DNA from: Epiperipatus broadwayi
Taxonomy: Eukaryota; Animalia; Onychophora
DNA length: 64,000 nucleotides
Direction: 5' to 3'
NCBI GenBank assembly: GCA_028023455.1
Contig: JAQFVV010000005.1
Coordinates: forward strand, 19,158,001-19,222,000
Shown here: one piece after another, positions 24,640 to 34,855 of the stretch
Layout of the letters: the number at the start of each line of letters is the position of its first letter
Numbering within the stretch: position 1 is the stretch's first letter
Translations under genes and position numbers: made by a program
The notes under the pieces: model-generated
What the model saw: the letters and a program-made list of their open reading frames with translations, nothing else
What the model was told of the DNA's origin: nothing
Database searches by the model: none

Positions 24640-27600
24640 TTGTATGTGGTTTTTAACTAGTATAACTCTTTCTTCCTGTAATTTTGATTGTCTAACAATC
24701 TTCTTCAAGTTTAACTGCATTTTAATTTAAAGATGCAAGAAAGGATTTATTTAAAGTTGAATGAATTTATAGTTTAAATATAATAATAATTTTAGTAAGA
24801 CATTTATTTCGATTTTTTTAATTATATTTTATTAACAAGTTTATGGAGATTAGTCTTCCCAAACTTTAGATAAATAAATACCTATTTTTTAAAAAGATTT
24901 TTTTTATTTTTATTGTTTGAACTTAATATTTGAGTTTTAATCATTACTTAAAAAGATTGGGACTTTGAAATTAGAGTATATTGCTGATAATCAGATAGCT
25001 TTCGTTGTCAAGAATTTAGCTGTTATATTTTAAGACTAGACTGTTTTTGAATGCTCAACATTTTATTATAGCAATTAACAAAATCATTAGAATTGATTGT
25101 GTTATAACATGTTGGAATTAAGGGATATCATTATATTTTAGTGTCCAATGGTTTCTTAATAATGGAGTTTTTAAGTCATTTTTGCTGCGTTATTTTAATT
25201 ATGCGGTTTTCTTGAGCTTTTGATACAAGTGCAAGATGTTTGGCTGACAAAAGCATTTTCACCCAACTCACAGCCATTTACTATAAGCTTGAGTAATCTC
25301 CAGATACCAGATAGTTTAGTGCTATAAAATCCCAACTCCAGATGAATCTCTGAATTGTCTTCCAGTGAAAACTAGAATTCAAAACTGAAACTAATGCACT
25401 TATGCATCTAGAAGTCTTTTTATTTCTTTGTATTATTCAAGCTAATAACTTTGATATTGGTATTAATTTTCCAAACTAAAAATTAGAAGGAACCTATAAT
25501 TGTTATAGAACTGAAATATTTAAAATATATAGAAACTAATCTGATAATAGATCTATATAACTGTGAGGTAACCTTAAGGGATTTCTCACGTTTAGCTTGA
25601 ATATAAAGGAGTAAAAGATAACTTCTAGGTGCATAAATGCATTAGTACCAGATTTGAACCTTAGTCTTCACTAATGAATCCAGAAGTGAGTTGGAGATTT
25701 TAGAACATGTATATTTGGTATCCATTGATTATTCAAGCTTACAGTAAATAATGCTAGAGTTGGGTGAAGATAACTGTTTTAAGAAGCATATGAATAATGT
25801 GATACTGTTTATGTTTGTCAATAACAGACTGGTCTATCATATCATTATAGTTGCATGAGGAGAGATAAGCATGTTAGTTTCCCAGTGACATGGTAAAATT
25901 AGGTTATTAAATCAATAAGGTGATTAATTATATCTAGAATATAATGGAATGTGTTATAGTCAAAATATTCTCAAATACTTTACGAGATATAATTTAAACC
26001 ATTAACTCAAACCTATATCTATAAATGCTCTGTGCATTTTAGGATAAAGCCACCAATATCCTGCATCGAAGCTCACTTTGAAACTCATTTTATTAAAAAG
26101 GTAACATGTTCAAAAAGTATTTTTTGAGAACTTTCACAATTTGAAATTAAGCTAATGATATTCATATCAATATTGGGTGATTTAAACTTTTTTTTTTTTA
26201 TAATCCACAGTGTCCCAATAAAAAACTGATTCTCCCAGTCGTCTACAGGACCATCTCTGAATCGGTACATATGCAAGTTACCTATTTGCCACAAAAATTT
26301 TAAGACATAATGTCTCTGAACTACGACATGAAATGTATGTAAATAAATCAATTATTTTCCTAAAGACTTTATCATGTGTTAGAAGTGTTAGTATTCAGTC
26401 ATTTATAATTAAAATCTGCAAAGCGCATGTGCGGCATGAAATGTATGTTTTATACCTTAACCCATGATGGGGAAAATGTGATAACATTAAATTTTATTTT
26501 AAATTGCACCAAAACTGCTGAACATTTGAAATATTTCAAACTATGTATAGTAATGAAGTCATAAATTGCAAGAATATTTTCAAATGGGTTGTAAGATTTT
26601 GGTAAGTGTTAAAAATAATGTGAAACGCACTATCATATTTCATGTTGCAAGTCTTAATTCAGATATGCTAGTACCTTATGATTTTTGTGGTGAAAAGTAA
26701 AACTATGTTATTATGTAACCTCTGTTCAGAGATAGCTCTGCAGGCACATTTGAGAGAGAACTGATCACTTTTCCACTGGGATACAATGTGCATTTTATCA
26801 ACAAATTTGGTTTTGTCATAAATCTTTCACATGGGTCATGATAGTTTTTATATGGTGTGCTTGCATGAAAATAGAGTATATTTTATATGTGCAGTGAATA
26901 AGTTTAATATTCAGCTATCTATCCAGCACACAATGTTTTATTTTATGTGTATAAGTTTTTATCAGGTTAGGTAACTGAATGAAAGTTAATGTCTGAAGTT
27001 TGTGATGCTTCTTCAAAGTGAGATGACTATTTCCATTTTCATTATGACAGCTATATTGTGACATGGGATGTTTCTATAGTGGTTGGACCACTTATGGCAG
27101 TCAGCTCAGTTGCGAATAGCTGCAAGCTTTTTGATGATGAGTAACTATAATATGTGGTTACATCACAATATACATGGATATTTACCAAATGCACGTCACA
27201 ACTGATAATTTTTCACAACCTGAAATAAAATATCATTTCCAATGAAAATGCTTCAAAGTAGATGAAGAGAAGCTAATTTGTTTTATTTTTTAAATAATTA
27301 TGTTATTAATTTCATAATACTTATTTATATAAATGTCCTGAGGTTTAGTGCAGTAGACCTGATGCGGAAAGTTCCAAGGTTAATTCTCAGTTGAGTAACA
27401 CAATTAAAAAAAAAAATCTGCTGGAAATAACTGAATGGAACTATTACATGTAATTAAAAAAAAATATCTGCTGGAAATAACTGAATGGAACTATTACATG
27501 TTTAAACTGCTGTTAGGATTCTCAAATCCATATACTCCTGTTTCCAACAATTCAAAAACTGTTAATAATTCATAAGAATATCCTGTGTGGTTTAGTAGTT

Positions 27601-27754
27601 TAATGTCGACTCTAGAGCCTAAGATCGATTTCAGTTCTGGTATTTCCAGCGCTCAAACTTCTTATGACCTTTTTATTATTTACCCATGTTGTATAGTGGT
27701 TGGACATCTGGTTCTCACTTGGGAAACTCAAATTCAATTCCCAGCATAGAAAAA

Positions 27755-27880
27755 GTAGTTCTTTGCCCTGTGTGATTTGGTGCAGTGATAAAAAGCCAGA
27801 CTCTGGAGCTTAAAGTCCACAAGTTTCATCCATATATCACTTAAATGCTCAAACTTTCTGAGCAATAAAGCCATTTAATT
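27755..27880 (+). mobile_element. Degenerate tRNA-derived SINE-like repeat
   Basis: Head GGTGCAGTG..GACTCTGGAGC. Similar pieces at about 27580-27660 (+), 29310-29420 (-), 42070-42160 (-) and 57720-57810 (+), some ending in CTGAGCAATAAA or GCTCAAAC. Confidence 0.4.
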
Positions 27881-27998
27881 ATTTATTTTTACTTAATTTG
27901 TAAGAATTAAGTAAAGCTGATGACATCATAATTATCAATTATCTTATTTCATTCCTACTATAAAAAACAAAATTCAGTTGTCAAGACATATTCAGCTA

Positions 27999-28464
27999 TA
28001 AATAGTCAAAATAAGAGTCATAGATCACGTGACCCTATCTCTTAAGCTTGTAAGTTATAAAACAATGAGGATTGCCAATTCCTCCACAAGCTTTGTGATA
28101 AATGCTTAGCCAGAGCCAGCACTCAAAATATCTGTCAGGAACACCTCCCCAACCCCCTGACCATGATTTCGTGCTTTGGCATTCCTCAGAGAGGTATCAG
28201 GGTAGGTTCAGACACTAGATCTAAAAATACCAACCCAAAGCCAAGCACTTATCTAAAAATTATCCACTCAATAGATAATTTTTAGATAAGTGCTTAGCTT
28301 TGGGTTGGTGTCTGAACCTACCCTGACACCTCTCTAAGGAGTGCCAAAGCATGAAACCATGGTCAGGGATTTGGGGAAGGGTTCCTGACAGATATTTTGA
28401 GTACTGGCTCTGGCTAAGCATTTATCACAAAGCTTGTGGAGGAATTGGAAATCCTCATTGTTTT
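27999..28464 (-). mobile_element. Non-coding hairpin element with hammerhead-like motif, tail and TSD (family H2)
   Basis: TSD ATATTCAGCTA at 27988-27998 and 28465-28475. Tail 27999-28055. Arms 28056-28467 around a roughly 9-nt loop. Motif at 28159-28200 (-) and 28323-28364 (+). Confidence 0.85.
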
Positions 28465-28944
28465 ATATTCAGCTAGTTTGTTTAATTCATTTATTCTTTA
28501 ATCTTATTTTATGTTATATTTTATTTGCTTCTTTAAGTCTTAATTGAAAGAGTATCATAATCAAACACAATGATAAAACACTTGAGGATTAAATTGGCAA
28601 TATTTGTGATACTAAGGTTCATATGAACTACTGCAACAATTTTTAATGATTAGTAGATTAGAAAGTTGCACACACAGAAACAAAAAATAAACAGATCTGA
28701 GAGAGGTCTTTACCAAAAAATATATGACAATAGTTAATACGAGAAAAAAAAACATATTTAAAATTCATCATTTTCACCCATTATTAATCTACTGCAAAAC
28801 CATTTTCTCCAATCCATTGCTTCTCTTTATATCATTCTAGAAAACTTTCTTATTCATCCATTTCAATCTAGTAATTTAAGATATGGATTTTAATATTTGC
28901 AGTCTTTCTAAAGAATTTAAATATTTTAAATAACATTAGAATGA

Positions 28945-29266
28945 AACAGGCAAAACCCTCCATACAGTAGTGCCACCTTGTACCAACCAGAGTAATCAAT
29001 GGATGCCAGAAAGCTTGTGCATAAAATCCCCATCTAGTGCCTACTAAACCAAAATCCTCAGACTAGTTTCTGGCTTGTGGCCTTTGTCAATGAGAAGCCT
29101 TGGATCTGAGAGCACTGCAACTAGATCTGAGAGCACTGCACAAGCTTTCTGGCATCCATTGATTACTCTGATTGGCACAGGGTGGCACTACTGTATGGAG
29201 AATTTTGCCTGTTTAATAAGTTATGTGCTAGCATAAAAGATGGTGATCATGTGATGTTTAGTGGTT
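28945..29266 (+). mobile_element. H1 family copy B
   Basis: TSD TAACATTAGAATGA at 28931-28944 and 29267-29280. Hammerhead in the inverted arm at 29061-29090 (minus): TTGACAA-A-GGC cacaa GCC-A-GAAACTAGTC. Confidence 0.9.
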
Positions 29267-32200
29267 TAACATTAGAATGATTTGAAAATATTGCATTTTA
29301 TCAATAATAAAAATCAGTTTATTGCTCAGAGCTGATCAAAAGCTCCAGCATCATAAGTGATAGAGCTGAGTTACAATCCATGTAAACCCCAACAGTCTAC
29401 ACTCTGCCACTGCACCCAAATAAGTAGCACTTAATTTAGAAATAACGATAAAGAAAGACGTATAAGTCCATTTTAAATAAAAATAAATAGAAGAAAAGTG
29501 ATTAGTGGATTATTTTAATAAATAAATGATGAACTGAAAATTAAATATGTTAAACATAAAAATGTAAACTAAAAAAATAGGAAAAATATGTTTAAAGTAC
29601 AAAAATTTAACTATGATTTTTTCATTTTAGGATAAATTTATATACAAGGCAGATTTTTCAATTAACTTCATTTTTTTTTTCTGATTTGTTATACTTTAAG
29701 TTACCCTGACAATGACCATATGAAAATACTTGAACCATAGAAAAAATAAATTGTTTACATGAATTTTAAAAAAATAAACCAAAATATAAAAAGAAAAAAG
29801 TGAATTGAGAAATTTTATAGATTAATTATAAAAACTGGATTAAATTTGAAAAGTGAATCGTATTTTAGAATTTGGAGTTTTAAATTTAAGTTTTTAACAC
29901 AGTGATATGTCTATGATTCTTGTTTCTTTTCTAACCCATCTGTTTCATTTTCAATCTCTCCTTTAAGAATCCCAATGTATAGTTCTCCATATTTTCCTGA
30001 ATGTGCTCTATTTGCATTGGTTCCTATAATGTGTCAAAGTCTCATATTCAAGGAAGAACTAGTAAAACACATTTTTTTAACCTTCCTTACATAGATCTAG
30101 TTCCTTTTAAAATAAAACTCAGTTTAATAATTATAAATATGATAAAAATAACTAAGTATATGTTAAGTCCACTATTCAAAAGTAGAGGTGAGAGCATCTT
30201 ATGACAAGTGATTATCATCAATAGTGAATGTTGGCTATTACTTATCACTCCTAACACAATTGATTCTATCATTTAAATTTTAGAATTCCATCATAAACTA
30301 CAATATATTGTAACGGTATATGCCGTTACATTATTTTAAATTAAAATAAAAAGATTATAAATAAAAATTGATCTATTAAAAAGAAAAAAAAAACTTAATC
30401 TAAAAACTAAAAAATTAAAGAGTTGTTAAACGTATACTGTATATATATTCACACAGATGCACAATATTTGAACGTACTTTTTTATAAAAAAAGATAAAAG
30501 ATCTAAATATAAAATATTTTAGTAAAAAGTAACGTAAACAAAAATAGAAACAGGTATTAATTAATTCCTGAAATCTCTAAATGGAAATGATTGTTTTATA
30601 AATTAAAAGAAAAGCAAGCCAACCCTTGGGGCTCTTATATAAAAAAGTCAGATGAAAGATATAGATAAGAGAACAAAAAAAAAATTAGATGTCCAATAGA
30701 AGCAGCAAATCAATGCTTGGACCTTAATGAAAATGATTGGAATAGGAAACTATGTTCAATGAATTCGGAGGATTACTATAAATAGAAAAATATCCAAATT
30801 AAGAACAGTTCCAGCTTGATTTTTTTGAGAAGGGTGATAAGACGCACTTGTCACTCTCTTTTGATTTCAAAGGAAATGACTGTTGAATTATGAACGGTAT
30901 TATTGCAGACCCCGAATCATCGGGGTTCTGCAATAAAATAATACCAGGATTGAACCAGCTAAGGCCACCTTCAGATAGACCGGTCTTCAAATAAAGACTT
31001 CGTGGGAATTGACACCAGGAACTGAGCTCTTCTACTGTAAGATATGAATTGAAAATTTTTTAAAAAAAAATTAAGAACTTTCATTAAGATTTGACAAACT
31101 AAATCTAATTTTTGAAAATGAACTTTAATCTGACTTAAGATTTCAAAATCAGTTATTGACGTTTAATTTTAAATATTTTGAATTTGAAAATTTAATCATT
31201 TCCATTTTTTTTGTTAATATTTAGTGACTAAATTATTTAAATGCATTAAACTTAAGTTGGGTATAGATGACTGCATAGATTCGTTAACGTTTAATTACTT
31301 TTTTATTTTCATATTGATTAAAATATATAGATATTCGGTAAATATGATACCTCATGTTGAGTATTTAAAAATGTATTTATTCGAATATCTTTTAAGTTAT
31401 TGGTGTCAATGTGGCATCTTATGATGAATGCCATTGTGTTTCTTGTAAATTTCCCTCTGCAATTCCATCAATAACTTTGTATTTTAATCATTTATGTTTA
31501 TTTTAAAGGGATTTTATTTCAAGCTATTTGTTTCATAGTTAGGTCGATGCTGGTGGAGGTATATGTGGGTATTTATATCAATGTAATGTGAAGCATGTTT
31601 AGCATACAGGGCAACATGCCCAAGTGAATGCATGACCCAAAGATGTAGTCATTGCGTTGCAATGGACGCAGACATATTTCCTGCACCACTGACCCCTTTT
31701 TAGCTCTATGGATGGAGACAATAAGTCAACAGGAAGACCGCTCTCCCTCCAAACATAGCATTTGTTTTTAATTATTTTATATACATGATTCCTTTGCCAG
31801 ACGGTGCACTTTTTTTTTGTGGAGTAGGTTATTTTCTCTCAAATAATATCACACTGTCAAATGCACATTCCTGTCAGCGTGGTTTTATGCCAGCATCTTC
31901 ATATTGCATTGGTTGCGATTATATATCTGGAAGCAGGCATTGGTTTGGCTACGAACTTTTAGTCTGAGATTGAATGATTGTTTTAAAAAAGTTTTTTAGC
32001 TGAGAAATCTATGTAGCCTATCTATAGCCAACATTCTAAAGTAAAATTTATTAAAATGTCCATCTGTGCGGACTGTTTAAAAATATTATTTTAAAATTTA
32101 AAAGTTAATATTAAAATCCAAAAATAATAAATTTTATTCCTCAATTTTATTTATATGTGCGTTAATAAATGTTTTGTGTGTTAATTACTGGCAGTGGCTT

Positions 32201-32305
32201 ATTTCATTTTTTTTTAAATATTAATATACTTCTTTTAATACTATTAAATCGTGCTTTCACACTTCTAACATAAAGCTATAACAACAAATTGATAATTAAA
32301 TTAAA

Positions 32306-32350
32306 TGGCTGAGCGCTTTCAAGAAGATGTACTTCTCATATTCACAGCCA
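32306..32350 (-). ncRNA. Minimal hammerhead-like motif, G3.U8 variant, downstream of the LRRC47 stop
   Basis: TGGCT-GTGAATA-T-GAGAAG tacat CTTCTT-GAA-AGCGCT-C-AGCCA: 5-bp stem I, 6-bp stem II, palindromic helix III. Confidence 0.65.
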
Positions 32351-32677
32351 ATTACGATCATCTTTTAAGTAAGTTTTATATTATCTGCTACTCCCTGAGC
32401 TAGTGACAAGGGCTAACGGTCTTTAACAGCGCGTATCTGCCTACTATATAAATTTTCCAGGTTCAAATGGCCTGGTGGCGCCCTGTATGGCAGATACGGT
32501 AAGACTCAATTGATCATCCGACCGTTATAATATATAATAGTAAATTTTTAAAAAAGTATTCAAATACAATAAAATTTTAAAACATTTCTTTTTTTTTTTT
32601 CAAAGTTATATTTTAATAAAATAAGAAGTAATACAGAACTAATAATAATTACAATCCATTTTATTTTTTGTCATTTT

Positions 32678-32932
32678 TCAAGAATGGTCCCAAATGATTT
32701 CCAATAGGTCAGAAACCAAATCCGTACGAGAAGGGTAAATAACCTTCAAATTACCATCTTGATCTTCAATACGAACTTGTTCTACAGTGAGGCTGTTTTC
32801 AGATGAGTCGGGACCATTTCCAAGACCCAGCTGGACAACTTTTTCAATCAAACTATCAAGGACTTTTTTGCAGATTCCCAAATTAAATGAACTTGTAACT
32901 TCAACAAGAATATCCTTCGAGCTGCAGGAGAT
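32678..32932 (-). CDS. LRRC47: LRRC47 last coding exon
   Basis: Acceptor tgtcttag then ISCSSKDILVEVTSSFNLGICKKVLDSLIEKVVQ...LTVEQVRIEDQDGNLKVIYPSRTDL...HS*. This matches my recollection of the human LRRC47 C-terminus ([20 protein letters not shown]...[24 protein letters not shown]). 255 nt, phase 0. Confidence 0.92.
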   Translation of the reverse strand: MSCSSKDILVEVTSSFNLGICKKVLDSLIEKVVQLGLGNGPDSSENSLTVEQVRIEDQDGNLKVIYPSRTDLVSDLLEIIWDHS

Positions 32933-34288
32933 CTAAGACATATAATATATATTATAAATTATATAAAGTTTAAATTCATTACACTATTTTCACAATCAGA
33001 ATTATAACAAAAATTATCAAGAACTGGAACAAACAATAACAATACAAGTTCTTTTAAATAAAAATTAAAAAGTTTTGACATTACTTTATTTTTAAAAACT
33101 AATTTTAAATATACAACTTATGGCTTTATATAGAGCAATATTTGATTAAAAATCAACTAGCTTCTTGCAAGATAGGTGTTTGTGATAATCAAATCAGACA
33201 TCATCTGTTGATTGGGAGATTAATTGAGATCACATTAACATAGTAACGTAGTTTCCATTTAAATGAACTTGTAATGCTTAATTTGATAATAAATGTGAAT
33301 TTTAGCAGTAATTTAACCAAAGATTTTTTGTATTGGCTTAATGTTAATTGATATTACAGAGCTTAAAATCCGACTCATTTTTAAATAATTGAATACACCA
33401 TAAATATGTAATTTATTAACATTATTTATTTATGCCCTCTAATAGAAATTTATGGTCTTATATTTGGCAATGTTTGATGAAAAAAATCAACTAACCTCTT
33501 GCAAGAGACATGCTAATAGATTACATATTTATGTGTTATTTAATTAATTAATATTAAATATTTATAATATCTATTTGATGGTAAAGTTATTCAAAACTGA
33601 GTTTCATTAAAAGCTTTGCATTGTTAATGAACATCAAGCTAATATAAAGATTTTAATAAAATTACAATTAAAATTCACCTCCAAACTTTTATACTTATAT
33701 ATATATATAAGAAAAACTTTTGCTAAGTATTACTCTCCTTCAATAAATGAAAGAATACTATATCTATTATTAATAGTTTTAACAAGGCTGTAAACCTTAG
33801 CAATGAGCGTCTGAAAAAATCGTCATTAGGGACAACATTTATGGAGAGATAAAATCTGAATGCATATACCAAAATATTAGTTCATAAGTCAGACTTATAT
33901 CAAATTATTCCCAAGATGCATTTCTTCTGGACTAGTTTTGTCAGTTATTCCATATATCAAATTCTCTGAAAGGTTTTCATCATCATTCATTATGACCTAT
34001 CTACAAGTGTTTAAGTCTTCTATAACCTAATCATGATTAAATGCCTTTCAGATAAACACATTTAATGGTACTAATAACTATTTATTAGTCTAGAGATTGT
34101 TATATTAATATTATATCAGATATAGATCTTTAAATTAAAAATCAATGTACCTATTATTACATATCTTAATCATACATAGCATTATTTTAACTTCCTTCTT
34201 TCTTCACATATGGTTACTACTATATATATATATAATAATATTTGTGAAAAAGTAAATTCCAAATGTGCATATTGTACTAATAATTCAT

Positions 34289-34855
34289 AAACAAAGCAAA
34301 GCAAAACTCCATATAGTAGTGCCATCTGTGCTAAACAGAGTAATCAATGGATGCCAGAAAGCTTGTGCATAAAATCCCTATCCAATGCCTACTCATCCAA
34401 TATCCCCAGACTAGTTTCTGGCTTGTGGCCTTTGTCAGTAAGGAGCTTTGGATCTGAGAGCACTGCATCTAGATCTTAGGATCTAATGCAACCCTCTAGC
34501 AACCATCTTTTATCTCTACTTAACTACAAAACCATGAGCATGAAATTGAAAACACAAAAAATATTTTCAATCTAAGCTCAATAGCTTATATAGTCATATG
34601 GGTCTGAACTAGATCCTAAGATCTAGATGCAGTGCTCTCAGATCCAAAGCTCCTCACTGACGAAGGCCACAAGCCAGAAACTAGTCTGGGGATATTAGAT
34701 GAGTAGGCATTGGATAGGGATTTTATGCACAAGCCTTCTGGCGTCCATTGATTACTCTGTTAGTACAGATGGCACTATGGAGTTTTGCTTTTCTTTGTTT
34801 ATAAACAGTTATGTGCTAGTATTGGAGATGTGATCATGTGATGCTTGCTGGTTTA
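34289..34855 (+). mobile_element. H1 family copy C
   Basis: TSD ACTAATAATTCAT at 34276-34288 and 34856-34868. Hammerhead cores at 34409-34438 (minus, G8A) and 34657-34686 (plus, CTGACGA...GAAACTAGTC, stem I CCTCA/TGGGG). Confidence 0.9.

Noticed and set aside
20621-27145. Scattered AG...GT-bounded short plus-strand segments (20621-20660, about 24157-24187, about 27056-27143)
   Set aside because: No recognisable protein similarity or consistent phase chain, so a gene cannot be supported.
27400-27500. Short tandem duplications (also about 1385-1425 and 13470-13530)
   Set aside because: Ordinary local slippage duplications with no further structure.
30885-30955. SECIS-like AUGA...GA quartet at the base of the long hairpin
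   Set aside because: The AA(R) bulge is on the 3' side rather than the 5' side, and no selenoprotein gene is linked.
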